Positions 48,461 to 59,366 of a DNA stretch of 64,000 nucleotides are shown in pieces. Origin of the DNA: an uncultured delta proteobacterium (GTDB lineage: Bacteria; Myxococcota_A; Polyangia; Polyangiales; Polyangiaceae). Where the stretch lies: positions 928,001-992,000 of the forward strand of contig CAWJCS010000005.1 in the NCBI GenBank assembly GCA_963841435.1. The letters run 5' to 3'. The position numbers and the translations under genes are program-made. Within the stretch, counting starts at the first letter, position 1. Each line of letters opens with the position of its first letter. The notes beneath the pieces are model-generated. The model was not told where the DNA came from. It made no database searches and was given only the letters and a program-made list of their open reading frames with translations.

Positions 48461-50704
48461 ATGCCCCATGATCGACCGCTGGCGCGCGGCCGCGCACGCC
48501 GTTTGGGGTCCCTGGCCGCCCTCGGCCTTTCGGTCTCGCTCGCCGCGTGCAGCGGCGGCCGGGCCGCGACCCACGACCCGGCTTCCGCCCACTCCATCGG
48601 CACCGTCAAGCCCACGCCCGTCGACGACGGAGCCTTCGCGGAGAGCGCCTACCGGGTCCTGATCGGCGCCGACAGCGGGCGCGAGCGGGCAAGCCTGGTC
48701 TCCGGCGTCGTCGGACGCCAGCTGGAGCGGGCGCTCCGGCGCTTCAACGCCGAAGAACCGGAGGCGGGGCTCTCGGCGGTCGAGGGAGCGTTCCTCTTGA
48801 TGCAGCGCGGCGAGTTCCGCGAGGAGGGGCTCGTGGGTAACGACCGGGCGTTGTCGGCCGCCGCCGAAGAAGCCGCGCGCACGGGCGAGGAAGGGTACGC
48901 GCTCGCGCTCTACTCGCTGCTCGACGACCTCTTACCGGCGGGCCCGATGCGCGACGACGTGCGAACGCACCTCGAGGCCATGGCGGCGTTCAGCGCCCCG
49001 ACCGACGCCGTGGGGCCGCTCGTCGCGAGCGGGACGAGCGCGCGCGTGGCAACGCAGCGAGCGCTCATCGACAGTGGCGACGAACGCTTCGCCGAGGCGT
49101 CGAAGGGTCTGCTCGCCTGGGTGGCCAAGGCGCAGCAGAAAGGGCTCCCCGACGCGCCCGTGCGCACGAACGCCGAGCGCGACGAGGCGCTCGAAGCCTA
49201 CCGGGCCCTCAGGGGCGGCGGCTACACGCTGGTCGCGCTCTACTTGCGCCACGGTGACCCGCTGGGCGCGCCGGCCGCCGCCGATCAGGGTGCCCTCGAC
49301 CGCATGATTTCGCCGGAGCTGCGCGCTCGGCTCGAGGCCGCAGCCGACGACGACGCGGACGCCTGGTTCGATCTTTACCGCTTCTACGACTCACGCGAGG
49401 CCCAGTCGGAGCTGTCGATCGACGCCGAGCTCTTCCGGGGCGCGGCGTTCGGCGTGGCCGTGTCGCTGTTCCGCGCGGAGCCCGGCAGCTTTCGCGGTGC
49501 GCTGCCGCTCGCCACGCGTCTCGTGGCAGAGGGCATGGCGGAGGTCGCGCCCCTGGTCTTGAACAGCGGCCTCGCACGCGGCGCGAACCCCGACCAGCTC
49601 GCCGCGGCGCTCGCGCTCGTGTTGAACGCCATGGTCTCGGAGAACCAGCTCGGCCAGCACGACGCCGCCCGCCGAACGTTTGCCGGTGCCGAGCCGCTGC
49701 TCGCGCTCGCGAGCAGCAAGGCATTTGCGGGCCGCGTGAGCCCGAGCCCCGCGCGGCTGCGCTACGTGATGGGAGCGCTCGAAGCCGACTACGGCGACGT
49801 CGAGCGGGCCGCGGCGCTCGTGCGCGAGTCACTCGAGCAGGAGCCGTCGCTCGACGCGCTCAAGGTCCTCGCCGCCATCCTACGGCACAAGGGCGATCAG
49901 AAGGGGGCCCTCGACGTGCTCGAGCGAGCGCGCAAGCTCGCAGAGCGGACCAACGACGCGCTCGAGGAAGCCGAGAGCTGGCGCGCGACCTTCGAAGTGC
50001 TGCGCGACGCGGGCGACCACGCGGGCGCCGGGCAAGCGCTCGACATGGCGCTCGCTCGCGCGCTCGATGCGACGCGGCAAAGCCGCCCGGGCCCGGCGCA
50101 GGCCCGCGCCGAGCGCGTGCTGGCTCACGTGCTCGAGCACTTCGGCGAGCGCGCGGCGACCCGCCGGGCGACCCAGCGCGCCTACGATGCATCGGCGTCC
50201 GACGCGAACCAGCTGAGCGCCACCGTGATCGACGCCGCACGCCGGGCTCTCACGCGCAAGGACCTGCCGGGCGCGCGGGCCGCTGCGGCGCAGGCGCTCG
50301 AGGCGGGCCTTGCCGCGGACGACATGGTGTACGTCGCGCTCTGGCTCCAGCTTCTGGAGATGGAGCTCGGTGTGCCGAGCGACGGCAGCGTGGAAAATGC
50401 GTTCTCCGCGATGGACGACGCGAAGGGCTGGAGCAGCAAGCTCCGAGCGTGGGGTCGCGGCAAGCTTTCGGACGCCGAGCTCGTCCGAGGAGCGAGCAAC
50501 GCCGCCGAACGCACCGAAGCCACGTTCTACACGGCCATGGCGCGTCGGGTGCGCGGCGATCGGAGCACCGATGGCGAGCTGGAGAAGGTCACCCGCAGCG
50601 AAGCCGTGAACCTCGTCGAGGTCGGCATCGCCCGTGATCTGCTCGCTCAGCACGCGGGCGCCGAGCACGGCTTCGCCCTGCCCGCGGGCGTCGCGTTGCC
50701 CTGA
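48461..50704 (+). CDS. Helical/TPR-like lipoprotein
   Basis: LAAC lipobox, Ala-rich helical repeats. Confidence 0.7.
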   Translation: MPHDRPLARGRARRLGSLAALGLSVSLAACSGGRAATHDPASAHSIGTVKPTPVDDGAFAESAYRVLIGADSGRERASLVSGVVGRQLERALRRFNAEEPEAGLSAVEGAFLLMQRGEFREEGLVGNDRALSAAAEEAARTGEEGYALALYSLLDDLLPAGPMRDDVRTHLEAMAAFSAPTDAVGPLVASGTSARVATQRALIDSGDERFAEASKGLLAWVAKAQQKGLPDAPVRTNAERDEALEAYRALRGGGYTLVALYLRHGDPLGAPAAADQGALDRMISPELRARLEAAADDDADAWFDLYRFYDSREAQSELSIDAELFRGAAFGVAVSLFRAEPGSFRGALPLATRLVAEGMAEVAPLVLNSGLARGANPDQLAAALALVLNAMVSENQLGQHDAARRTFAGAEPLLALASSKAFAGRVSPSPARLRYVMGALEADYGDVERAAALVRESLEQEPSLDALKVLAAILRHKGDQKGALDVLERARKLAERTNDALEEAESWRATFEVLRDAGDHAGAGQALDMALARALDATRQSRPGPAQARAERVLAHVLEHFGERAATRRATQRAYDASASDANQLSATVIDAARRALTRKDLPGARAAAAQALEAGLAADDMVYVALWLQLLEMELGVPSDGSVENAFSAMDDAKGWSSKLRAWGRGKLSDAELVRGASNAAERTEATFYTAMARRVRGDRSTDGELEKVTRSEAVNLVEVGIARDLLAQHAGAEHGFALPAGVALP

Positions 50705-50711
50705 GCGCGGC

Positions 50712-52290
50712 TCAGGCGGTCGTGGAAGGCAAGCGCTCGCGCGGCGCGAGCGGCGAAAGCTCGAACCAGTCGAAGTCGGCGGGAGGCGCCGGGTCCTTTT
50801 CGCTCGCCGCGAAAAGCCCGACGCACGCGCCCGTGAAGCCGCCGGCCGCCTCGCTCGAAAGCGGCACCGTGGGAGCGCTCCCCAGGCAGAGCGCCGTGCC
50901 CGTACGCGGAGCGACGAAGAACTCGTAGCGGTCGGGGTACGCCTCGATCGAGAGCGTCCACGGGCCCGGGCCCACCGGCACCTCGCCGACGACGCTCGAG
51001 ACGCCTTGCACCCGCGTGCAGAGCCGTGCGCGAGGACCGTCGCTCGCGGGCACCACGACTAGGTCGTAGTGATTGTCCTCGTTGGCGCGCACGACGAGGC
51101 CCGCCTGGTCGCCCGCATGCTCGGGCAGGAAATCGAGTCGCGTCGCGGCGCGGCAGCGAAAGTGGCACTGGCGTCGCGCCACGAACGCGGGCGACGCCAC
51201 GTCGTCGAGCGTCGTCCGGGTGCCGTGGAGCCTCAGCCAGCCGGGACGCTCGCCGAGCGAGAAGCGAGCCGCGTCGACGTTGCGCAGCGTGATCCAGCCG
51301 ATGGCGAGCTCGTCGGCGTCGAAGTCGTCGCGCGGCGCCGTCTCGGCAACGGGCACGGGACGAGGCAACCCCTCGGCTTCCATCTCGAGCCCGATGGGTG
51401 CGCCGCCGTTGACGAGCGGCCAGCCATCGTCGGCCATCGACAAGGGGCAGAGGAAGGTCTCGCGCCCGAGGTGGTGGTGCGCACCGTCGGTCGGGCGAAT
51501 GCCGAGCAGCACGAGAAACAGCGCTCCGCTTTCGGTTTCGACGAGGTCGGCGTGCCCCGTTGCCTGGATGGGCTCGGCGGGACGATCGCGGTGCGTGAGC
51601 AGCGGGTTTCGTGGGCACGGCTCGAAGGGGCCCCACGGCGAGCTCGAGCGAGCGAGCGTGAGCGAATGCTCGTAGCTCGTGCCCCCCTCGGAGATCATCA
51701 GGTAATAGCGCCCTGCGAGCTTGTAGAGGTGCGGTCCTTCCGGCCAGCGACCGCCCGTGCCGCTCCAGACGAGTCGCGGCTCGTCGAGCAGCTTTCCGCG
51801 CTCTACGTCGAGCTCGGCCTGGTAGATGCCGCCGTGCTCGCCACCACCGTGGCGCGTGTAGTAAACGCGCCCGTCGTCGTCGAAGAAGAGCGACGGGTCC
51901 ATGCCCCAGTCGTCCTCGTGCAACCACACGGGCTCGGACCACGGCCCCGCGGGGTCGCTCGCCGTCACGTAAAAGTTGCCGCCGCCCGACATGTTCGTCG
52001 TGACGAGATAGAAGGTGCCGGCGTGGTAGCGAAGCGTCGGCGCGAAGATGCCCTTCGAGCTCTTCGCCCCCTCGAGCTCGAGCTGGCTGCGGCGCGTGAG
52101 CGCGTGCCCGATGGCACGGAAGTGGACGAGATCAGCGCTTTCGAACAGCGGAACGCCCGGAAAGTACTCGAAAGAGCTCGTCGCCATGTAGTAACGGCCA
52201 CGAGCGCGGCACACCGAGGGGTCCGGGTGAAAGCCCGGGAGGATGGGATTCGAGTAGTGGGCGATGGCAGGCTCACCGCGAAAATTTCAC
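50712..52290 (-). CDS. GH43 beta-xylosidase/arabinofuranosidase (frameshift near the start, ~52281-52284)
   Basis: NPILPGFHPDPS, TSSFEYFPGVP, DPSLFFDDDG, PEGPHL, TGHADLV; AGGAGG RBS plus GTG at 52290 is one base out of frame. Confidence 0.92.
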
Positions 52291-52360
52291 GTGGCCCGCC
52301 TCCTACCGCGCTCCGTTGGCGAACTCCACCCGATCGCGTAAAGTCGGGCGCCCATCGACG

Positions 52361-53386
52361 ATGCTGCCCCTCAACGACCCGCGCGAGGCCCGCGCCCCAG
52401 CCTTGCTCGCGCCCCTGGCGCGCACGCTCAACGACCCGCGTGACGTCTACGTGCTGTGGCAAATGGTGAAGTGCCTGGGCCTGATGGCCGTGGGCATCGC
52501 GCTCTTCTTCGTGCCCGTTTCGTACCTCTGGTACGCGGCGCCGCTCTACTACGCGCTCCTGTTCGGCGCGTTCATGGATCGCTTCACGCTGATGCTTCAT
52601 TTCACGTCGCATCGGCCGCTGTTCGCGAGCGATTACAAGGGCTTCAATCGCGTCATCCCCTGGGTGATCGGGCCGTTTTTCGGACAAACGCCCAATTCCT
52701 ACTTCGTGCATCACATGGGCATGCACCATCGCGAGGAGAACCTCGCGGCCGATCTCAGCTCTACCATGCGCTTTCAGCGCAATCGGCTCGACCACTGGGT
52801 GCGCTACTGGCTTCGCTTCCTGTTCTTCGGGCTGCCCGAGCTCAGCCTCTACATGCTTAAAAAGAAGCGCTACAAGCTGCTCGCCCGCTTGTTCGTCGGC
52901 GAGGGAACGTACCTCGCCGTCGTGGCCCTCGGCCTCGTTTATCGACCCGCGCCGACGCTCGTCGTGCTCGTCGCGCCGATGCTCGCGATTCGCACGCTCA
53001 TGATGATGGGCAATTGGGCGCAGCACGCGTTCATTTGCCCGGAAAACCCGGCTGACCCCTACCGCGCCAGCATCACCTCCGTGAACACGCGCTACAACCG
53101 GCGCTGCTTCAACGACGGCTATCACATCCTGCACCACGTCAATCCGCGCTGCCACTGGACGGAGCATCCGTCGGAGTTCGAAAAGGCCCTGCCCGAATGT
53201 GCCGCGCACGACGCGCTGGTGTTCGACGGGCTCGACTACTTCCAGATCTGGCTGAGGCTCATGCTGGGGCGCTGGGGGGCGCTCGCCGATCGTGTGGTGC
53301 AGCTCGACGGGGCGCCGCGCCGCACGCGCGACGAAGTGATCGCGCTGCTCAAGACCCGCGTGGCACGGTTTCCCCGCGCGGCCTGA
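52361..53386 (+). CDS. Fatty acid desaturase family protein
   Basis: His boxes HFTSH, HHMGMHH, HILHH; TM segments. Confidence 0.9.
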   Translation: MLPLNDPREARAPALLAPLARTLNDPRDVYVLWQMVKCLGLMAVGIALFFVPVSYLWYAAPLYYALLFGAFMDRFTLMLHFTSHRPLFASDYKGFNRVIPWVIGPFFGQTPNSYFVHHMGMHHREENLAADLSSTMRFQRNRLDHWVRYWLRFLFFGLPELSLYMLKKKRYKLLARLFVGEGTYLAVVALGLVYRPAPTLVVLVAPMLAIRTLMMMGNWAQHAFICPENPADPYRASITSVNTRYNRRCFNDGYHILHHVNPRCHWTEHPSEFEKALPECAAHDALVFDGLDYFQIWLRLMLGRWGALADRVVQLDGAPRRTRDEVIALLKTRVARFPRAA

Positions 53387-53397
53387 GCCCGCCTCCG

Positions 53398-53796
53398 CTA
53401 CTCATGCGGCTTTCGCCCGAGCAGCTTGCTCGTGAGATGGTCGCCGAGCTGCTGGGTCATCAAGCGCTCGACGGCGGACTCCTTCTCGCGCCGCTCGTGA
53501 GCGTCGTACTGAAACTCGATGCCCATGCCCGCGGGATTGCCGCGCGTGGCCTCGCTGGCAGGTGTCACCCAAATCACCTTGCCGCGTAGGCGCAACGGCT
53601 CCGGCATACCGGGCACGCCGAGCGCGAACACGAACTCCGTTCCGACCGGCAACGGCTTCTCGGTGGCGATGAAGGAGCCGCCCCGCGAAATGTTCTTCGT
53701 GTAATCGGCGAAGAACGTGTTGAGCCGCTTGTATTCGACCTTGAGCTCGATGGGTGCTCGGGACCCCCGACGCCGCTCGTCGTCCTGATCGCTCAT
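53398..53796 (-). CDS. PilZ-like TIGR02266-type protein
   Basis: [30 protein letters not shown]. Confidence 0.88.
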   Translation of the reverse strand: MSDQDDERRRGSRAPIELKVEYKRLNTFFADYTKNISRGGSFIATEKPLPVGTEFVFALGVPGMPEPLRLRGKVIWVTPASEATRGNPAGMGIEFQYDAHERREKESAVERLMTQQLGDHLTSKLLGRKPHE

Positions 53797-53844
53797 TCGA
53801 CGGCCGACGTTATCACGCTCGCTCGCCCGTGCTATCAAAAGCCG

Positions 53845-54921
53845 GTGCGCGATCCCTACGAGATTCTGGGCGTCGGGCGCGGCGCCACGGAGATCGAGAT
53901 CAAGACCGCTTTTCGGCGGCTTGCCGTGCAGCACCACCCCGACCGAAACCCGGATGATCCCGCGGCACCCGACCGCTTCAAGGAGATCAACGCCGCACAC
54001 CAGATCTTGAGCGACCCCGACAAGCGCGCCGCCTACGATCGCTTCGGGGAAGCGGCGTTCCGGCCAGGCGGCGCTGCACACGTGGATTTCGGGGGCATCG
54101 ACGGGCTTTTCGAGGACATCCTCGGCGCGTTCGGCTTGCGCGGCGCCGACCGCGGCACCGTGAAGAAGATGCTCGAGATCTCCTTCGAGGAGTCGGCGCG
54201 CGGCGCCAAGAAGGAAATCCGCTTCGAACGGCTCGAGACATGCGACGAATGCCGCGGGCGCGGTGCCGCGAAGGGCGCCCGCGTCGAGACGTGCTCGGCG
54301 TGCGGCGGGCGCGGTCGCGTTCGCTATCAGCAGGCGTTCTTGCCCATCGGTGTCGAACGGCCGTGCTCGCGCTGCCACGGCATCGGCTCGATTCCGAGCG
54401 AGCGCTGTCCGCGCTGCGACGGCGCGGGCGTCACGCGCAAGGAGCACGTCGTCACCGTCGAGATACCGGCGGGCGTCGAGCCCGGCTCGAGCAAGGTGCT
54501 CTCCGGCGAGGGTAACCGGCTGCGGCCCGACAAGACCCCGGGCGATCTCGAGCTCGTGATCGACGTCTCGCCGCATCCTTTCTTCCGCCGCTCCGGTGAC
54601 GACGTCGTTTCCACGGTGCCCATCACGTTCACGCAGGCCGCGCTCGGCGGTGAGCTCGAGGTGCCCACGCTCGACGGCAAGCTCAAGCTCCGGGTGCCGC
54701 CGGCGTCGCAGCCCGGCACCGTCTTGCGCGTTCGCGGCCGCGGCTTCCCGCGGCGCTTGCGACCCGGCAGCGGCGACCAGCTCGTCGAGGTCGTGGTCGA
54801 GGTTCCCGAGCGCTTGTCCGAACGAGCCAAAAGCCTGCTCGAAGAGCTCGGTCACGAGCTCGGCGAGGACGTTCAGCCCCAGCAGCGAAGCTTCCTGGAG
54901 AAGCTCCGCGACCTATTTTGA
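53845..54921 (+). CDS. dnaJ: Chaperone DnaJ
   Basis: J domain with HPD, four CxxCxGxG repeats, C-terminal domain. Confidence 0.95.
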   Translation: MRDPYEILGVGRGATEIEIKTAFRRLAVQHHPDRNPDDPAAPDRFKEINAAHQILSDPDKRAAYDRFGEAAFRPGGAAHVDFGGIDGLFEDILGAFGLRGADRGTVKKMLEISFEESARGAKKEIRFERLETCDECRGRGAAKGARVETCSACGGRGRVRYQQAFLPIGVERPCSRCHGIGSIPSERCPRCDGAGVTRKEHVVTVEIPAGVEPGSSKVLSGEGNRLRPDKTPGDLELVIDVSPHPFFRRSGDDVVSTVPITFTQAALGGELEVPTLDGKLKLRVPPASQPGTVLRVRGRGFPRRLRPGSGDQLVEVVVEVPERLSERAKSLLEELGHELGEDVQPQQRSFLEKLRDLF

Positions 54922-54966
54922 TGGTCGGGCTGCGCGCCCGATCGTAAGAATTCGGGCATACCCACC

Positions 54967-55800
54967 ATGAAAGATCGTCGAATCGGCTTTTTGGGGGCCG
55001 GCAACATGGCGGGCGCGCTCGTGCGTGGCCTCCTCGCGTCGGGTCTCGTTTCCGCCGACGCCGTGCGCGCGAGCGACGTGAACGCCGAGCGGCTCGCGGC
55101 GTTTGCGAAGGAGCACGGCGTGCACACCGAGCGCGACAACCAGGCGCTCGCACGCTGGGCCAATCTGATCGTCGTCGCCGTGAAACCCGAGGTCGTCGAG
55201 GCCGCGCTCGGGGACATCGCGCCGGCAGTCGCGCCCGGAACGCTCGTCATCGCGATCGCGGCCGGGGTACCGCTTGCCGAGGTGGAAGGCCGGCTGCCCG
55301 CCACGGTGCGCGTCGTGCGTGCCATGCCGAACACGCCCGCCATCGCGCGCGCCGGGGCGACGGCGGTCGCGGGGGGCACTCGCTCGACTGCCGACGATCT
55401 GGCGACGGCGCGGCTGCTGTTCGAGGCCGTGGGCCGCGTCGTCTCCGTCAACGAGTCCCTGATGAACGCAGTCACGGGACTCTCGGGCTCGGGACCCGCC
55501 TACGTGCTGCTCGTCATCGAGGCGCTCGCCGACGGCGGGGTCAAAGTGGGGCTCTCGCGAGACGCCGCCCTCTTGCTCGCGACCCAGACCGTGCTGGGCA
55601 CTGCAGAGCTCCTGCTCGAGACTGGCGAGCACCCGGCCCGACTCAGGGACATGGTCACGAGCCCCGGCGGGACCACCATCGCGGGGCTTCACGCCCTCGA
55701 GGCGGGCGGCGTCCGCGCCGCGTTCATCGAGGCCGTCGAGCGCGCGACGGCCCGTGCCCACGAGCTCGGTGCGCGCCTCACCCGGCCGCCCAAGGCCTGA
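54967..55800 (+). CDS. proC: Pyrroline-5-carboxylate reductase
   Basis: GFLGAGNM, AVKP, RAMPNTP, SGSGPAY, VTSPGGTT. Confidence 0.96.
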   Translation: MKDRRIGFLGAGNMAGALVRGLLASGLVSADAVRASDVNAERLAAFAKEHGVHTERDNQALARWANLIVVAVKPEVVEAALGDIAPAVAPGTLVIAIAAGVPLAEVEGRLPATVRVVRAMPNTPAIARAGATAVAGGTRSTADDLATARLLFEAVGRVVSVNESLMNAVTGLSGSGPAYVLLVIEALADGGVKVGLSRDAALLLATQTVLGTAELLLETGEHPARLRDMVTSPGGTTIAGLHALEAGGVRAAFIEAVERATARAHELGARLTRPPKA

Positions 55801-55812
55801 CCCCGGACCCAC

Positions 55813-55864
55813 AAAAAGCGTCCGCGCGGAGGGGCCGGGGGGGGGGACAGCCTCGCTCCGCGCG
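55813..55864 (-). terminator. Intrinsic terminator-like hairpin with C-rich loop
   Basis: 9-bp stem CGCGCGGAG/CTCCGCGCG followed on the minus strand by TTTTT. Confidence 0.55.
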
Positions 55865-56217
55865 AACAATGAGAAGTTAGCAGCGGCGTACTCCAATTGC
55901 AATCACCTTCGAAGGCGGGGCTTCGGCTCGTCGCATCTGATCCCACCTCGTCACCCGTTCACCCCTACTTCCTTTCTACATCACACTCCTTTTCGGTCTT
56001 GGTCGTCCTCGGCCTGCGCCGAAAAACGAGATGTCATGGCATCGGCAACTGGGGAGTGATGCTCCGAACACCGGGCGGCGAGTCCCTCGCGAAGACTCCA
56101 ACCGTTCTACTCCGCAAAAGTGGTCCCTTTCTGGGACCAACCCCGTCGTCGCCGCAAGGCTCCGTGACCACGCGCTCGCCCGTCGCTGTCGCCCGTCGCT
56201 GTCGTCCGTCGCTGCGG

Positions 56218-59151
56218 TCAGTCGCTGCAGCGATAGCCCCAGCGGCTGCCGTCCGGCAGGTCGAGGACGAGCGGCACCGTCGCCTGGGGCTCCGACCCCT
56301 CGCCTGATCCTTTCGCAGCGGATTCATCCGAATCTTCGACGCCGTTGCCTTGCCCCTTCGCGCCGGCGCGTCGCCCGCTCGAGGACGAATCGAGCTCCCG
56401 CGGGGGACCGATCGGAGCCGCAATGGCATCCGTACACACTCGACCTCGGGAGACGACGAGCCTGACCTCGGAGCCGTTGCCGACCCGGGTGCGCTCCCCC
56501 GAGAGGTCGAAGCTCGGCTCGAGCGTGAGCGCGTCACCGACGACGTAGCCGTCCTCGCCGGATGAGCACCCTTCCGGCATGCGCGACAGCGTGTCGGCGC
56601 CGACGACGATGGGCTCATCGACGAGGCCCGTGCTCGCGTCGAGCGGATAGAGGTAGTGGTGCCCAGCGTGCACCCAGAGCCCGAGCGCTTCGCCATGCAG
56701 GGACGGCGCCAAGATCGGGGCCTGCGCCCGGGCCGTCACGTCCGGCAGCTCGCGGATGAGCGCAAGACCGCCGGCTTCGACGCGATAGACGCGGAATGCG
56801 TGGTTTTCCGCGAGGGCGCCCAGGTAAACGCGACTTTTCGCGGTGGCAAAACCGGTGATCACGCCGAGAGCACCGCTCGTCGCGAGCCGGACGATGCTTC
56901 GGCCCTCCTCGAGCAGGAAGAGGTCCATGGAGCCGCGGAGCGTGACGATGAGCAGGGCCACGTGCCGCACGGGGTCGGTCAGCATGCGGAACGTCGAGGG
57001 TGGCCCCGTGGGGGAGCGACCAAAAACGTCTGCTGCTTGCTCGGGCCGCGCCCAGGGCACGGGGGACGGCGCCGTTGACCAGACGCCTCCCTCGATGCGG
57101 TACGGGTCGCGCACGCTCACCGCGAAACGCGCCTGACGCGCCCAGCCGTCGCCCGGCGCGCCCCAGACGTAAGCACGGTAGAGGTGAAGCTCCGCTTCGC
57201 TCCCGACGTCGAAACCGAGATCGGCCCCCGCACGAGCGGGCGCTGCCACCTCGGCGAGCGGGTTCCAGGGGCTCGTCGTGCGCTCCTCGTTTTCGGGCCG
57301 GACCCGTAGCGCCCGTGGGCTCTGCCGCCCGTCGGCGCGACACTCGAGCGACCAGCGTCCGCCCCCGGGCGAAGTAAAGCGGGTCGGCTCGGGCGCTGCG
57401 ACCGTCGGCAGGCGCTCGGCGTCGCCCCAACCCACGCGAAGCCAGCCGGCGAACGCGCACCCGATGCTGGTGCAACCACTCGAAGTGCCGAACGTGCGCT
57501 CGAGCTTGAGGTCCGGCTCCGACGGCAGCTCGGCGTCGCTCCACTCGAAGCCACCGTCGACGGTTTCACGAGCGCCACCGCCGCGCCCGATCGCGAAGGC
57601 GTAGCGACCCGAAAAGAAGGCTCGGCCGAGCGCCTGTTCCGGCTCCCCGAGCTCGACTTTCCCGTCGAGGCTCACGCGCACACCGACGAAGCTCGCCGCA
57701 CCCGCAATGAAACCGATGAGCTTGCCGTCGGGTCCCTGTTGAAAGGCATCCAGCCAGAAGCCGTGGCTCGCGAGCGCCCGCACGGCCTGCTCGCGGGGCT
57801 TTACCGGCGCGAGCCCCACGGCCGGCGAGCGAGAGCCGGGGCCGACGAACGTGAGCGTGCCCGCGAACCCGGGACGCGACGGCTCGAGCACGGCGAGCCG
57901 CCCGTCGGCGAGCGCGACGACGCGTTCCGTCGCCGAGCCGCGCGCGACCTCGAAAGCGTCACCCTGCGCGGGCAGCACGCAGTAGGCCGGGGCGGCGCGC
58001 GTGTCGCCCTCGCAGCCGCCGCTCACGACGAGCCCACCCCGACCGTTCGGGGCCACGCGCCGCGGCCCGGCGAAGGAAGCGACCGCTCGCAATGCGAGCG
58101 GCGGCTCGAGGGCGAGCACGCGCGTGGTCGAGCCCGGCTCGCCGCACACGAACCCGACCCCCCGACCGAGCGGCACGGCGTCGCAAGCGCTCACACCGGC
58201 GTAGGCGTCGCGCGTTTCGGCGAGGACCTTGCCGTCGGCGAGCCGAACGCGAAAAAGGCTTCCCGAAGCGGCGACGAGCGCCGTCCCGCCGGGCTCGGGC
58301 ATGCCGTGGAGCACTGCCGTTTCGAGCGGGTGCGGCCCCAGCGCCCGGCCGAGGCCCGCGGGCGGGAGGCGCTTGTTCCTGTCGCTGCCGGCGCGGTCGT
58401 CGTTGGCGGGCGGCGGCAAGCCTTCGAGCTCGCCGCTCGGGCCGAGCAGCGCGCGAAAGCCGCCGAGCTCGAGCAGCACGGCACCGTCGACGGGAGACAG
58501 CGTCGCGTGGTCGATGCCGAGTGGGTGCCAGGTCGCCCCCGCGTCGAAGGTCGCCACCACGCCGACGAACGGCAGCTCGACCGCCGCGAGCCATTCGTCG
58601 GCGAACGCCATCGCGCCGTAGCCCGCAGCGGGCGGCAGGCTACCGAGGTCGAGCTCACGACCCGTCTTCGGATCGATGGCGGCCCACGTGGCCGAGCGCC
58701 CGCGCAGCACGTAGATGCGATCGAACCCCGCGACGAGCCGCTCTGCGTCGCCGTCGAAACGTGAAACGGGCCGAAGGGTCGAGGTCCAGGTCGTTGCCGT
58801 GTAGAGCAGCGCCGAGCCGCTCGTGTTGACCACGAAGACGAAGCCCCCCCCGAGCCGGTCGGGGATGCGCGCAGCCGTGATGCCGCGGGTGGCGGGGAGG
58901 TACTCGGTGGCTGCTTCGAGCGACCCGTCGGGACGTTCGACCATCCTGAGCCCCTGCGAGACGAAACGGCGGCTGCCGTCCGAGTCGTAGGAAAGGGCGA
59001 GCAGGTCCGAGCGTTCCGTGGGCGGCAGGACGCGAGCCGGTGACACGAGGGGCGAGTCGACCGACGCGCGTCGGGGAGTTTTCTCGGCAGGCACCGCCGG
59101 CGCGATGGGAGCGGAAGCGGTTTTGCCGCCACCGCAAGCCACGACCATCAC
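56218..59151 (-). CDS. Large hypothetical lipoprotein (start probably slightly upstream)
   Basis: VVAC lipobox, BNR-like TFDAGATW and TVDGGFEW motifs; 977 aa. Confidence 0.7.
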   Translation of the reverse strand: MMVVACGGGKTASAPIAPAVPAEKTPRRASVDSPLVSPARVLPPTERSDLLALSYDSDGSRRFVSQGLRMVERPDGSLEAATEYLPATRGITAARIPDRLGGGFVFVVNTSGSALLYTATTWTSTLRPVSRFDGDAERLVAGFDRIYVLRGRSATWAAIDPKTGRELDLGSLPPAAGYGAMAFADEWLAAVELPFVGVVATFDAGATWHPLGIDHATLSPVDGAVLLELGGFRALLGPSGELEGLPPPANDDRAGSDRNKRLPPAGLGRALGPHPLETAVLHGMPEPGGTALVAASGSLFRVRLADGKVLAETRDAYAGVSACDAVPLGRGVGFVCGEPGSTTRVLALEPPLALRAVASFAGPRRVAPNGRGGLVVSGGCEGDTRAAPAYCVLPAQGDAFEVARGSATERVVALADGRLAVLEPSRPGFAGTLTFVGPGSRSPAVGLAPVKPREQAVRALASHGFWLDAFQQGPDGKLIGFIAGAASFVGVRVSLDGKVELGEPEQALGRAFFSGRYAFAIGRGGGARETVDGGFEWSDAELPSEPDLKLERTFGTSSGCTSIGCAFAGWLRVGWGDAERLPTVAAPEPTRFTSPGGGRWSLECRADGRQSPRALRVRPENEERTTSPWNPLAEVAAPARAGADLGFDVGSEAELHLYRAYVWGAPGDGWARQARFAVSVRDPYRIEGGVWSTAPSPVPWARPEQAADVFGRSPTGPPSTFRMLTDPVRHVALLIVTLRGSMDLFLLEEGRSIVRLATSGALGVITGFATAKSRVYLGALAENHAFRVYRVEAGGLALIRELPDVTARAQAPILAPSLHGEALGLWVHAGHHYLYPLDASTGLVDEPIVVGADTLSRMPEGCSSGEDGYVVGDALTLEPSFDLSGERTRVGNGSEVRLVVSRGRVCTDAIAAPIGPPRELDSSSSGRRAGAKGQGNGVEDSDESAAKGSGEGSEPQATVPLVLDLPDGSRWGYRCSD

Positions 59152-59366
59152 GGCGAAGAGCGCGACGAAGGCGCGGGCCGCCGGGGGATCGAACGAAACG
59201 CCGGCGCCACGGGTCCGTGCGCCATGGCGGAAAGCCTAGCAGGGCGCCGAAGGGCAGGGCGACGCTCGAGCGACTGGCGCTCCAAAAAAATGGCGATAGA
59301 TTCCGCCCCCCTTCGCCGCCCGGCCGGATCCGGGTAACGCTGATTGATCCAAGGAGAATTCGTACA

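Noticed and set aside
56180-56215. Short tandem CGTCGCTGTCG repeats
   Set aside because: Two to three imperfect low-complexity units; no evidence of function.
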